From the NCBI GenBank assembly GCA_019358915.1, contig JAHHIM010000006.1, forward strand, positions 96,001-160,000: 64,000 nucleotides of DNA, written 5' to 3'. Every line of letters starts with the position of its first letter. Within the stretch, counting starts at the first letter, position 1. This DNA is from Trichormus sp. ATA11-4-KO1 (lineage in GTDB: Bacteria; Cyanobacteriota; Cyanobacteriia; Cyanobacteriales; Nostocaceae). The notes beneath the pieces are model-generated. The model was given only the letters and a program-made list of their open reading frames with translations, had not been told where the DNA came from and ran no database searches. Made by a program: the position numbers and the translations under genes. This document shows positions 1-9,357 of this stretch, piece by piece.

Positions 1-1134
1 CTGGAGTGTGTACATCCAGAAGACCAAGAACAAGCGATCGCTAGTTGGTCTGCTTATATTCATGAAGGACGCGAATATTCAACAGAATTCCGGTTTAAAA
101 ATACTGATGATAGTCCTCGTTGGGTTCAGGTTCGCTCATCACCGATGCTTTCTAGTCAAGGTGAACTACTAGGCTATGTAGGTACTCTCGAAGATATCAC
201 TGAACGCAAGCAAGCCGAAGAAGTCCGCGCTCAGGTGATTCGAGAACAAACGGCTAGGCAAGAAGCAGAGGCAGCAAACCTGATGAAAGATGAGTTTCTG
301 GCGGTGCTTTCCCATGAACTCCGCACACCCTTGACCTCAATGTTGGGCTGGTCAAAAATCCTCCGAGCTAAGAAACTTGACGAACAAGCTACTACTCGTG
401 CCCTAGATGCGATTGAACGCAATGCCACCTCACAAATGAAACTGATTGAGGATATCTTGGATGTATCACGGATTATTCGCGGTCAGCTACGCCTACATTT
501 AAGCGTTGTCAATCTTATTTCTGTAATCGAGGCAGCCCTAGAGGCAGTGCGCCCCCTAGCAGAGACAAAAAATATTGAATTAAATACTAACCTCGATACT
601 AACCTAGGGGCGGTGTGTGGCGATCCAGCCCGTTTGCAACAAATTGTCTGGAATTTACTAACTAACGCCATTAAGTTCACCCATGCAGGTGGTAGGGTAG
701 AAGTCCGGTTAGAAATAATAGAACTACAACCAACAGAACAACTATTTCCCCACGAAGAAGTTAAACTTTCCTCTACCTCTGCTCCCTTACAGTTTTCTAA
801 ATCTTCCTATGCCCAAATTCAAGTAATTGATACGGGCATTGGCATTACCCCAGAATTCTTACCCAAAGTCTTTGATCGCTTCCGGCAGGCAGATAGTACC
901 ACCACGCGATCGCATGGTGGTTTGGGGTTAGGACTATCCATCGTCCGTCATCTAGTGGAATTGCACGGCGGCGTGATTTCCGCAGAAAGTTCTGGGAAAG
1001 AACAGGGAGCGACCTTTACTGTGAAACTCCCCTTGATGCAAAACAACAGCAACATCAAAAACGGTAAAGAAATAGAGCCAATGAAAGAGGAGATAGGGGA
1101 CAGGTTACAGGGGATAGGGGAAGTAGGAGGATAA
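1..1134 (+). CDS. PAS-domain sensor histidine kinase (5' end outside window)
   Basis: Frame 1 is open from base 1 ([11 protein letters not shown]..., PAS/PAC-like). H-box [14 protein letters not shown]-box [15 protein letters not shown]-boxes DTGIGI and GGLGLGL. No receiver domain follows. Confidence 0.93.
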   Translation: MECVHPEDQEQAIASWSAYIHEGREYSTEFRFKNTDDSPRWVQVRSSPMLSSQGELLGYVGTLEDITERKQAEEVRAQVIREQTARQEAEAANLMKDEFLAVLSHELRTPLTSMLGWSKILRAKKLDEQATTRALDAIERNATSQMKLIEDILDVSRIIRGQLRLHLSVVNLISVIEAALEAVRPLAETKNIELNTNLDTNLGAVCGDPARLQQIVWNLLTNAIKFTHAGGRVEVRLEIIELQPTEQLFPHEEVKLSSTSAPLQFSKSSYAQIQVIDTGIGITPEFLPKVFDRFRQADSTTTRSHGGLGLGLSIVRHLVELHGGVISAESSGKEQGATFTVKLPLMQNNSNIKNGKEIEPMKEEIGDRLQGIGEVGG

Positions 1135-1136
1135 AT

Positions 1137-1196
1137 ACTCAGCACTCAGCACTCAGCACTCAGCACTCAGCACTCAGCACTCAGCACTCAGCACTC
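1137..1196. repeat. Tandem heptamer array (ACTCAGC)x8 plus a partial unit, STRR-type
   Basis: Read directly from the sequence; overlaps the 3' end of the ArsR-family gene. Confidence 0.97.
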
Positions 1197-1512
1197 TATC
1201 TTGCTGCAATGCTTGTGCCGACTGCAAGACTGCATCCAGTAACCCTGGAAACAGCGCCTCTAAATCTTCCCGCCGCAACCTATTAATGTGTTGTGTTCCT
1301 TCTTTATGAGTCAAGACTACTCCCGACTCTCGTAAAATTTTGAAGTGATTAGACATAGTTGACTTGGCGATCGCAAAGTCAAATCCAGCACAGCATTGCT
1401 CCCCCTGGGTTGCTAGCAATCTCACGATTTCTAGACGCACTGGGTCGCCCAACGCATACAACACTCCCGGTAAAGAAATGTCTTTTCGGTCTGGATGATA
1501 TAAGAATTTCAT
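1174..1512 (-). CDS. rexT: ArsR/SmtB-family redox-sensing repressor RexT
   Basis: ArsR HTH (ALGDPVRLEIV...KSTMSNHFKILRESGVV), vicinal Cys40-Cys41, divergent from a thioredoxin gene as in the known Anabaena rexT-trxA2 locus. Confidence 0.85.
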   Translation of the reverse strand: MKFLYHPDRKDISLPGVLYALGDPVRLEIVRLLATQGEQCCAGFDFAIAKSTMSNHFKILRESGVVLTHKEGTQHINRLRREDLEALFPGLLDAVLQSAQALQQDRVLSAEC

Positions 1513-1550
1513 AGTTGCATTATCTCTTAAAATGGCGTATATTTTATTTG

Positions 1551-1565
1551 TTCGAGATTATCGAA
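1551..1565. promoter_or_regulatory. Palindrome TTCGA-N5-TCGAA, candidate RexT operator
   Basis: Inverted repeat in the 80-bp divergent rexT/trxA2 intergenic region. Confidence 0.55.
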
Positions 1566-1592
1566 TAACTGAATTAAATCAGGAAGGCAAAT

Positions 1593-1928
1593 ATGTCATC
1601 CGTTATTAATGTCACAGAAGCCACATTCAAGCAAGAAGTACTGGAAAGTCAAATTCCCGTATTAGTCGACTTTTGGGCACCTTGGTGTGGCCCTTGTCGA
1701 ATGGTGACTCCAGTTGTCGATGAAGTGGCTGGCGAATATGTAGGGCAGGTAAAAGTAGTAAAACTGAATACAGATCAAAATCCCACTGTTGCCAGCCATT
1801 ATGGAATTCGTAGTATTCCGACGTTGATGGTATTTAAGGAGGGGCGACAAGTTGATACAGTCGTGGGTGCAGTGCCAAAGACCACTTTAACTAAAACTTT
1901 AGGGCAGCATATTCAACATTCATCATAG
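1593..1928 (+). CDS. trxA2: Thioredoxin (m-type, TrxA2)
   Basis: WCGPC active site, [17 protein letters not shown]; adjacent to rexT. Confidence 0.92.
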   Translation: MSSVINVTEATFKQEVLESQIPVLVDFWAPWCGPCRMVTPVVDEVAGEYVGQVKVVKLNTDQNPTVASHYGIRSIPTLMVFKEGRQVDTVVGAVPKTTLTKTLGQHIQHSS

Positions 1929-2072
1929 CTTAGGCTGAAGGTAGGGAACAGGGGATAGGTGACAGGCTTCGGCGTGAGCGCTCAGTCGAACGCTGACAGG
2001 TAACAGAAGAAAAATTCTCTCCCTGCTTCCTACCCATGCTTCTTGTAATGACGAGTCCTGTTTCTTTTAATT

Positions 2073-2195
2073 CACTCAGGGAGGAAGCACTCAGCACTCT
2101 TAAAAACACTCAGCACTCCCCTTTGACTTCGCTCAGGGCCAGCGCACTCAGCACTCAGCACTCAGCACTCAGCACTGAGAAAAGCACTCAGCACT
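2073..2195. repeat. Interrupted ACTCAGC heptamer array containing a 24-nt inserted element (2119-2142)
   Basis: Multiple ACTCAGC units plus CCCTTTGACTTCGCTCAGGGCCAG. Confidence 0.9.
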
Positions 2196-2232
2196 TAAAA
2201 AAGCAATTAATTTTAATTATCAGGAGAATCTC

Positions 2233-2895
2233 ATGAGTCCTATCACCCAAATTCAAGCTTTAGATGTACCTAGCGCCATAGTCCAACGTCGTTCTATCAA
2301 AACTTTTAAAACAGACCCCATTGCCCCAGACTTGCTTAAGCAATTAGTAGAGTTAACTGTGGCTGCGCCGAGTAGCTTTAATATTCAGAGCTGGCAAATC
2401 GTTCTTGTAAAAGATGAAGCTCAAAAGGCAGCATTATCAGCAGCATCTTGGAATCAAAAGCAAATTATTGAAGCACCTGTGACTTTTGTCTTTGCCGCCG
2501 ATCCCAATGCAGGTGAACAAGACTTGACACCGATTTATGAGCAGGCATTGGCAACAGGAGCGTGGAATGAAGGCACTATAAACTATTTTAAAAATGCCAT
2601 CCCGCAATTTCAAGCTGGGCTAGGTGACAAACGCCGGGAATATGCTATCAAAGATGCGATCATCGCGTCTACCCATTTAGTATTAGCCGCAGAAAGTTTA
2701 GGTTTGTCTACCTGCTTTATGAATGGTTGGATAGAGGAGCAAGTCAAGGCAGTAATTGGTGCAGAAGATCCAGATTTAGCGATCGCCGTTTTAGTGCCTG
2801 TAGGCTATGCAGCCGAACCACGCTTAAATCCAGGTCGTTTGCCATTATCCCATAAAGTCTCTGTGGACAAAATAGGTAACCCCTATCAAGCGTGA
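2233..2895 (+). CDS. Nitroreductase family protein
   Basis: RRSIKTF, APSSFNIQSW, LAAESLGLSTCFMNG FMN-binding motifs. Confidence 0.93.
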   Translation: MSPITQIQALDVPSAIVQRRSIKTFKTDPIAPDLLKQLVELTVAAPSSFNIQSWQIVLVKDEAQKAALSAASWNQKQIIEAPVTFVFAADPNAGEQDLTPIYEQALATGAWNEGTINYFKNAIPQFQAGLGDKRREYAIKDAIIASTHLVLAAESLGLSTCFMNGWIEEQVKAVIGAEDPDLAIAVLVPVGYAAEPRLNPGRLPLSHKVSVDKIGNPYQA

Positions 2896-2975
2896 AGTTA
2901 TGCTTCCACAATTTTAGTTTGAGAAAACATGGCGATCGCCAACGTTAAAAGCACAAAACCGAGGAAAAATTACCA

Positions 2976-3674
2976 ATGATTGAGCTTTACTATTGGACAA
3001 CCCCAAACGGTCATAAAATCACAATTTTCCTGGAAGAAGTCGGATTACCATACACGATTATTCCTGTGAATATTGGTACTGGAGAACAATTTCAGCCTGA
3101 GTTTCTCAAGATTTCTCCTAATAATCGCATCCCCGCGATTGTTGACCGTGAACCTGTAAACGGAAATGAGCCAATTTCCGTTTTTGAGTCTGGTGCAATC
3201 TTGCTGTATTTAGCAGAAAAAACCGGAAAATTGATTCCCCAAAATCTGCGCGATCGCGTTGAAGTTCTCCAGTGGTTATTTTGGCAAATGGGGGGTCTAG
3301 GGCCAATGGCAGGACAAAACCATCATTTCAACAAATATGCTCCTGAAAAAATTGACTATGCCATCAACCGCTACGTCAATGAAACAGGACGCTTATATGC
3401 GGTGCTAGACAAGCGCCTAGCAGATAGAGAGTTTGTTGCTGGTGATTATTCCATCGCTGATATTGCTGCTTATCCTTGGATTGTCCCCCATGAAAGCCAG
3501 AACCAGAATTTAGAAAATTTTCCCAACCTCAAACGCTGGTTTGAGACAATAAAAGCACGTCCAGCAACGATACGCGCCTACGAGAAAGCAGAAGCCTTCA
3601 AAAATCAGGCGCTTGATATCGAGAAGTCACGAGATTTGCTATTTAATCAGTCCGCGAATACAGTTCAAACTTGA
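2976..3674 (+). CDS. Glutathione S-transferase / disulfide oxidoreductase (YfcG-like)
   Basis: TPNGHK, ISPNNRIPAI, FESGAILLYLAEK, YSIADIA. Confidence 0.93.
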   Translation: MIELYYWTTPNGHKITIFLEEVGLPYTIIPVNIGTGEQFQPEFLKISPNNRIPAIVDREPVNGNEPISVFESGAILLYLAEKTGKLIPQNLRDRVEVLQWLFWQMGGLGPMAGQNHHFNKYAPEKIDYAINRYVNETGRLYAVLDKRLADREFVAGDYSIADIAAYPWIVPHESQNQNLENFPNLKRWFETIKARPATIRAYEKAEAFKNQALDIEKSRDLLFNQSANTVQT

Positions 3675-3694
3675 TCTTGGGTGCGGGGAATGTA

Positions 3695-3729
3695 CAGATC
3701 CCCGACTTCTTTGAGAAGTCGGGGATCTG
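3695..3729. repeat. Perfect 16-bp palindromic element (may also act as a terminator)
   Basis: CAGATCCCCGACTTCT-TTG-AGAAGTCGGGGATCTG; a degenerate copy lies at 4261-4294. Confidence 0.85.
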
Positions 3730-3773
3730 AGCCTCAACCTAAAAATGAAGCAAGACTTCTGGTCTTTTTTTGA

Positions 3774-4160
3774 TTACTCTAAAATAGAGTTGACTTTTTC
3801 TATAAGTTCATCAATTTGAAATGGTTTACCAATAAAACCAGCTATATCTTGACAATTTGGAGATTGTTCCTTAGCGGCTGACACAACTAAAATAGGCAGA
3901 TTATTTAACTTTAAATCTTCTCTAACATGAGAAATCAGTTCATAGCCATTCATATCTGGCATCATTAAATTTGTAATTAATAAATCAGGTTATTTAGTTT
4001 GGATTTTTACAAGTGCCAAGTTACCACAATTAGCAGTTTCCACTTCATAGCCTTCTGACTCTAGAGCAGTTTTAATTAAAAACACCATATCTTCAATATT
4101 ATCATCACAAACTAAAATAGATTTAGTATGATTTACTTCTTGAGTATATGAACTTATCAT
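3774..4160 (-). pseudogene. Single-domain response regulator (CheY-like) pseudogene
   Basis: ORFs 3990-4196 and 3774-3965 are one frame split by a TAA at 3990-3992. The phosphoacceptor position reads PDLLITNLMMP (Asn instead of Asp); KPF is retained. Very AT-rich. Confidence 0.8.
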
Positions 4161-4260
4161 AACTAATAATAAAAATTGCTTTAAGTGTAGTATCATGCAA
4201 TTAAATTATTAAAATAATTATCAAAAGTAATATTTATATCAGCTTTTTAAATCCGCAGTT

Positions 4261-4294
4261 CAGATAGCCGATTTCTTCAAGAAGTTGGCTATCT
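4261..4294. repeat. Degenerate copy of the 3695-3729 palindromic element
   Basis: CAGATAGCCGATTTCTTCAAGAAGTTGGCTATCT. Confidence 0.7.
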
Positions 4295-4346
4295 TTTTGT
4301 TCGTAACTCATTATAGGATTGCTATAAAGAGATGTAGTTCTTTATT

Positions 4347-5147
4347 ATGCCGAGAGTTGAGATTAACGAAATTAATTTGTTCTACGACATCAGAGGAACG
4401 GGTGAACCTTTGCTATTAATTGCTGGGTTCTTGTGCGATCATTCCTATTGGTCTTTAATCATGCCTGCACTCACTTCCCAATATCAAGTTATTCGCGTAG
4501 ATAATCGAGGGATGGGGCGAAGTTCTGCACCTGATAGTCCTTATAGTATTCGGGAGATGGCAAATGATATAGCAGCATTGCTAGATTACATTGGCATTGA
4601 CAAAGTACATGTAGCAGGTCATTCAATGGGTGGTCAAATTGCCCAAGAACTAGTATTAGCAAAACCCGAAAAAGTCAAAAGTCTGATTTTACTTTCCTCC
4701 CTAGCCAAGGGCGATGGACTATTCAATAGTGTCATCGAGACATGGGGTGACTTACCCCGAAATATAGACCTGAAGCTTTATGAAAAAGTCGTACTACCTT
4801 GGATCTTTACCGATGAATTCTATTCTATTCCAGGAATGATAGAACAACTCATTGAATGGGCAATCAATTATCCCTTTCCACCGGCAACTCATACACTTTA
4901 TCATCAGAGCCGGGCGATCCTTGGCAGTGATACAAAAGACCGCCTGCAAAATATTCATTGTCCCACCCTGATTTTAGTTGGGAAACAAGATATTCTCACC
5001 CCAGTCAAGTTTTCTGAGCAACTTGCTCAAGGTATTTCCCAGGCTGAACTTGTAGTTATTGACCGTGGTGGTCATGGCTTCTTGATTGAGTCATTGGATA
5101 CTGTCATCTCTGTTATGCTCAACTTTCTCAATAAATACAATGCTTAA
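4347..5147 (+). CDS. Alpha/beta-fold hydrolase
   Basis: GHSMGG nucleophile elbow, DNRGMGRS, C-terminal GGHG. Confidence 0.92.
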   Translation: MPRVEINEINLFYDIRGTGEPLLLIAGFLCDHSYWSLIMPALTSQYQVIRVDNRGMGRSSAPDSPYSIREMANDIAALLDYIGIDKVHVAGHSMGGQIAQELVLAKPEKVKSLILLSSLAKGDGLFNSVIETWGDLPRNIDLKLYEKVVLPWIFTDEFYSIPGMIEQLIEWAINYPFPPATHTLYHQSRAILGSDTKDRLQNIHCPTLILVGKQDILTPVKFSEQLAQGISQAELVVIDRGGHGFLIESLDTVISVMLNFLNKYNA

Positions 5148-5595
5148 AATCCTTCCAGAACATTTACAAATTATTTACACTCATGCTGAAAGTACCTATC
5201 CAGATGAATGCTGTGGTCTAATTCTTGGTTATCTGGCTAGTGATAGCAAAACTGTGGTAGAAATCATGCCTACAGAAAATGCTTGGAGTACAGAATCAGA
5301 TAATTTCTCCAGTGAGAATACGAAACATAGTACAAAGCAGCGATATGCGATCGCACCGCAATTCATGTTACAAGTGCAAAAAAAAGCACGGGACTGCTCA
5401 CTGAGTATTATCGGTATTTATCATTCTCACCCGGATCATCCGGCTACACCTTCAGAATGCGATCGCCTATATGCTTGGCCAGAATACTCGTATATAATAG
5501 TTTCCGTTCAAAATGGTAAAGCTGGTCAATTCCAAAGCTGGAGTCTTGATGATCATCACCAGTTTCAACCAGAGTCAATTGAAAACATAATTTAA
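5140..5595 (+). CDS. JAB/MPN (M67) metallopeptidase, Mec-like
   Basis: YPDECCGL and YHSHPDHPATPSECD JAMM motif; ATG at 5140 overlaps the hydrolase stop; upstream of moeB. Confidence 0.9.
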   Translation: MLKILPEHLQIIYTHAESTYPDECCGLILGYLASDSKTVVEIMPTENAWSTESDNFSSENTKHSTKQRYAIAPQFMLQVQKKARDCSLSIIGIYHSHPDHPATPSECDRLYAWPEYSYIIVSVQNGKAGQFQSWSLDDHHQFQPESIENII

Positions 5596-5651
5596 CGACT
5601 TAAGTTAATTTCGTTAAAATCAATATTCCTCGCTGACCCATCATAACTGCT

Positions 5652-6824
5652 ATGCTCAATCCCAATCTGGATGAAATCCAGTTGACCAAAGACGATTATG
5701 AACGTTACTCCCGCCATCTGATTTTGCCAGAAGTTGGACTGGAGGGACAGAAGCGCTTAAAAGCTGCCAGTGTCTTGTGTATTGGTACTGGTGGACTAGG
5801 TTCGCCATTACTGTTATACCTAGCCGCAGCCGGTATCGGCCGCATCGGTGTTGTTGATTTCGATGTCGTCGATAGTTCCAACCTCCAACGCCAAGTCATT
5901 CACGGTACATCCTGGGTGGGTAAACCCAAGATTGCATCAGCAAAACACCACATTCACGAAATTAATCCCCATTGTCAGGTTGATTTGTACGAAACTCGCC
6001 TGAGTTCGGAAAACGCCCTGGATATCATTAAGCCTTACGATATCGTGGTGGATGGTACAGATAACTTCCCTACCAGATATCTCGTCAATGACGCTTGCGT
6101 ATTACTAAATAAACCTAACGTCTACGGTTCCATTTTCCGTTTTGAAGGGCAAGCAACGGTCTTTAACTACGAAGGTGGGCCGAACTATCGTGACCTGTAC
6201 CCAGAACCACCACCACCAGGAATGGTTCCCTCCTGTGCAGAAGGTGGAGTACTGGGTGTATTATGCGGCATCATTGGTACAATCCAAGCTACAGAAACAG
6301 TCAAAATCATCATAGGAAAGGGTAACACCCTCAGTGGACGGCTAATGCTGTACAACGCCCTAGAAATGAAATTCCGGGAATTGAAACTGCGTCCTAACCC
6401 CATTCGCCCAGTAATTGAAAAACTGATAGACTACGAACAATTCTGCGGTATCCCGCAAGCTAAGGCAGAGGAGGCGAAACAGCAGATGGAAATACCAGAA
6501 ATGACCGTCAAGGAATTAAAGGAATTACTAGATAGTGGTGCAAAGGATTTTGTGCTGTTAGATGTCCGTAATCCTCATGAATACGAAATTGCCAAAATTC
6601 CCGGTTCCGTATTGATCCCCTTACCAGATATTGAAAATGGCGACGGCGTAACCAAAGTAAAAGAAATACTCAATGGTCACCGTTTAATTGCTCATTGTAA
6701 GTTGGGCGGTCGTTCTGCCAAAGCCCTAGGCATCCTCAAGGAAGCAGGAATTGAAGGGACAAACGTCAAAGGCGGAATTAACGCTTGGAGTAAGGAAATC
6801 GATCCTTCAGTTCCAGAATATTAA
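5652..6824 (+). CDS. moeB: Molybdopterin-synthase adenylyltransferase MoeB/MoeZ with C-terminal rhodanese
   Basis: RYSRHLILPEVG, GTGGLGSP, SNLQRQ, DGTDNF, PSCAEGGVLG, rhodanese HCKLGGRS. Confidence 0.95.
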   Translation: MLNPNLDEIQLTKDDYERYSRHLILPEVGLEGQKRLKAASVLCIGTGGLGSPLLLYLAAAGIGRIGVVDFDVVDSSNLQRQVIHGTSWVGKPKIASAKHHIHEINPHCQVDLYETRLSSENALDIIKPYDIVVDGTDNFPTRYLVNDACVLLNKPNVYGSIFRFEGQATVFNYEGGPNYRDLYPEPPPPGMVPSCAEGGVLGVLCGIIGTIQATETVKIIIGKGNTLSGRLMLYNALEMKFRELKLRPNPIRPVIEKLIDYEQFCGIPQAKAEEAKQQMEIPEMTVKELKELLDSGAKDFVLLDVRNPHEYEIAKIPGSVLIPLPDIENGDGVTKVKEILNGHRLIAHCKLGGRSAKALGILKEAGIEGTNVKGGINAWSKEIDPSVPEY

Positions 6825-6834
6825 AATCTCTTAG

Positions 6835-6886
6835 GGACGCAGAGTAAAGCAGAGATTTCAGTTTTATTCTCTGCACTTTTGCGTCC
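6835..6886 (+). terminator. Imperfect stem-loop after moeB
   Basis: GGACGCAGAGT..GCAGAGA / TCTCTGCACTTTTGCGTCC. Confidence 0.45.
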
Positions 6887-6915
6887 AGTGAAACGGCTAC
6901 TGGAGGAAATAAATA

Positions 6916-7536
6916 ATGATTCAAAGTTTAAGTAAACTAGTAACCTTTGAAGATTTTGCAGCTTGGCGACCCGAGAGCGGAAGATACGAATTACATGATG
7001 GTGTGATTGTTGAAATGGCTCAACCGATGGGAGATCATGAAGATATTGTTGGTTTTATAGCAAGAAAATTAACAGTAGAATTTGACCGATTAAGTTTACC
7101 TTATATGATCCCTAAAACTGCACTGATTAAACCTTCTACTTCGGAATCTGCTTATTCTCCAGATATCCTATTACTCAATCGCACTAATTTAGTGAATGAG
7201 CCGCTATGGAAAAAAGAATCAACTGTAAGCCTTGCAGCATCAATCCCATTAGTAATAGAGGTTGTCAGTCTGAACTGGCGCGATGATTACTTCACTAAAC
7301 TTGGACAGTACGAAGCTATTGGCATTTCAGAATACTGGATTGTAGATTATGCAGCGCTCGGTGGTAGAAAATTTATTGGTAATCCGAAACAACCTACTAT
7401 ATCTATTTATCAATTAATCGATGATGAATACCAAGTTACTCAATTTAGAGACAGCAATCACATTGTATCGCCTACTTTCCCGGAATTGAATTTAACTGCC
7501 AAACAAATTTTTCAAGCTGGTGGTCTGCCAATGTAG
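6916..7536 (+). CDS. Uma2 family (PD-(D/E)xK) putative endonuclease
   Basis: RYELHDGVIVEM, YSPDI, LVIEVVS, YEAIGISEYWIVD. Confidence 0.9.
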   Translation: MIQSLSKLVTFEDFAAWRPESGRYELHDGVIVEMAQPMGDHEDIVGFIARKLTVEFDRLSLPYMIPKTALIKPSTSESAYSPDILLLNRTNLVNEPLWKKESTVSLAASIPLVIEVVSLNWRDDYFTKLGQYEAIGISEYWIVDYAALGGRKFIGNPKQPTISIYQLIDDEYQVTQFRDSNHIVSPTFPELNLTAKQIFQAGGLPM

Positions 7537-7602
7537 CCACAACCCCACTTGACTGAATTTTAGTGTTAAAAATGTTTGTTACTCCAGAGAACGCAGAAAC
7601 CT

Positions 7603-7752
7603 CTATTTCCAGGAAGTAACCAGGGAAACTGCGAAAAATTTTTCTAAGTTTTGAGAAAATACTTCAAACTCAATCAATGCTGTAAATTGTTCAATGGCGG
7701 CAATGGCATCCAAGATATCGTGTAAGTAGTCCTCCAATTGTCGCTTGGTCAC
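7603..7752 (-). pseudogene. Truncated HepT/DUF86 (HEPN) toxin, 49 codons
   Basis: GTG overlaps the MNT stop (GTGA). Reads MTKRQLEDYLHDILDAIAAIEQFTALIEFEVFSQNLEKFFAVS, a DUF86-type N-terminus, then diverges and stops. No RX4-6H motif. Confidence 0.75.
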
Positions 7753-8042
7753 AAGTAGACAACCTCTGCCAAAATTCGCTCTCCGATGCGAGGCTTCAAA
7801 CCACCTTTATGTACTAAATCAACTTTGACTCCCAGATTGTCACTGAGATAGTTCTCTAAATTGACAAACTTTAACAAGCTTGGTGTCTCGAAAAATTCTA
7901 CCAGCAAATCCACATCACTGGTTTCTGTCTGCTCTTTCCGAACGTAAGAGCCAAAAATACCTAGTTCCCTAACTTGATAACGTTCTTGCAACACTGACTT
8001 GTGCTGTACAAGCCATTGCTTGATTTCTTCAAGAGTTTTCAT
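7749..8042 (-). CDS. Minimal nucleotidyltransferase (MntA-type antitoxin)
   Basis: IFGSYVRKEQTETSDVDLLV (GS-X10-DXD); about 97 aa from ATG 8042. Confidence 0.92.
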   Translation of the reverse strand: MKTLEEIKQWLVQHKSVLQERYQVRELGIFGSYVRKEQTETSDVDLLVEFFETPSLLKFVNLENYLSDNLGVKVDLVHKGGLKPRIGERILAEVVYL

Positions 8043-8140
8043 CCCGCGAATCTCCCTTTGGGTAAGCACGGTGCATAACCTAGCTTACTCTGCTCTGGAT
8101 TAGAAGTGGAATAGTATCTCAATTTTCTACTGAATGGAGT

Positions 8141-8869
8141 TTAATGTGCCTTACCTGCACCCAAATATAATTCACCCACTTTGGGATCATGCAATAACTC
8201 TTGACCAGGGCCAGAGATAGCGTCGCGTCCGGACTCAAGTACATAACCACGATCCGCCATTTCCAAGGCTTTACGGGCATTTTGTTCTACTAATACAATA
8301 GCCGTACCTGCCTGGTTAATTTGTTTAATTTGCTCAAATACTTGTGTTACCAAAATGGGAGATAAAGCCGCAGAAGGTTCATCTAATAGCAGCAAACTAG
8401 GTTCCAACATCAAAGCTTTACCCATCGCCAGCATCTGACGTTCCCCACCAGAGAGAGTACCCGCACGTTGACGACGGCGATCGCTTAGTCTAGGGAACAT
8501 GGTAAATATATGATCTTTCAGGGGCTTCAAGGGAACATCACGGACAAAAGCCCCCATTTCTAGGTTTTCTTCAACACTCAGGGAAGGAAAAACATTGGAA
8601 ATTTGTGGTACATAACACATTCCTTTCCTGACAATTTGATTTGATTTTAGCCCCGCAATATTTTCACCTTTAAAGGTAATTGTGCCTGTATGAGGTGTCA
8701 AAAGTCCAAAAATGGTTTTGGCTAAAGTGGATTTACCCGCGCCGTTGGGGCCAATTACCGTTACTAATTCGCCTGGTTCAACCCGAAAATTCACCCCTTG
8801 CAGGATATCTACATCTTTAATGTATCCAGCGTGAACATTTTGAACTTCTAGTAAATAGTCATTAATCAT
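8141..8869 (-). CDS. Branched-chain/neutral amino acid ABC transporter ATPase (LivF/NatE-like)
   Basis: GPNGAGKST, LSGGERQM, LDEPS, LVEQN. Confidence 0.92.
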   Translation of the reverse strand: MINDYLLEVQNVHAGYIKDVDILQGVNFRVEPGELVTVIGPNGAGKSTLAKTIFGLLTPHTGTITFKGENIAGLKSNQIVRKGMCYVPQISNVFPSLSVEENLEMGAFVRDVPLKPLKDHIFTMFPRLSDRRRQRAGTLSGGERQMLAMGKALMLEPSLLLLDEPSAALSPILVTQVFEQIKQINQAGTAIVLVEQNARKALEMADRGYVLESGRDAISGPGQELLHDPKVGELYLGAGKAH

Positions 8870-8932
8870 TAGTCATAAAATATTAGTCAACAGTTAAGTT
8901 AACAATAACTATAGACTGTTGACTAGTAAATG

Positions 8933-9157
8933 TTACGGTGTTTTTTGCAAGTCAGGTCGTTCTTCTGGAACGATCGCATCTGCTACAGGACAAACTTGGA
9001 TACATATACCACAATCAATGCAAGTGGCAAAATCAATCCAGTACCAATCGGTTCCCTTCACATTTTTGCCTGGGCCTTCATGGATGCAAGCGACTGGACA
9101 AGCGTCTACGCAGTCAGCGACACCTTCACAAACATTAGTAACAATGGTGTGCGGCAT
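8933..9157 (-). CDS. Dicluster (7Fe-type) ferredoxin
   Basis: CEGVADCVDACP and CIDCGICIQVCP cluster motifs. Confidence 0.93.
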   Translation of the reverse strand: MPHTIVTNVCEGVADCVDACPVACIHEGPGKNVKGTDWYWIDFATCIDCGICIQVCPVADAIVPEERPDLQKTP

Positions 9158-9357
9158 TTTCTCGATTCCCTCGTTTTCGGATCAGCTATATCTAGCCTAG
9201 CAGGGGAGTGGGCAGGGCTGTTTCATTCGTTGCTGTGCGATATTTGTCAAGAGGATAATCTCGCGCAAAGGCGCAAAGACGCGAAGAAAAATCACGGATT
9301 TAGGACTGAAGATGCCAAAAATATTGGCTAAAGGGGATTTTACCCAGTCCCCAGTCC

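Noticed and set aside
1137..2195. Repeat arrays as a CRISPR array
   Set aside because: The units are 7 nt in direct tandem without unique spacers, and no cas genes are present. These are STRR-type repeats.
2036..2236. 66-aa ORF
   Set aside because: It is a translation of heptamer repeats (LSTQHSA); no coding evidence.
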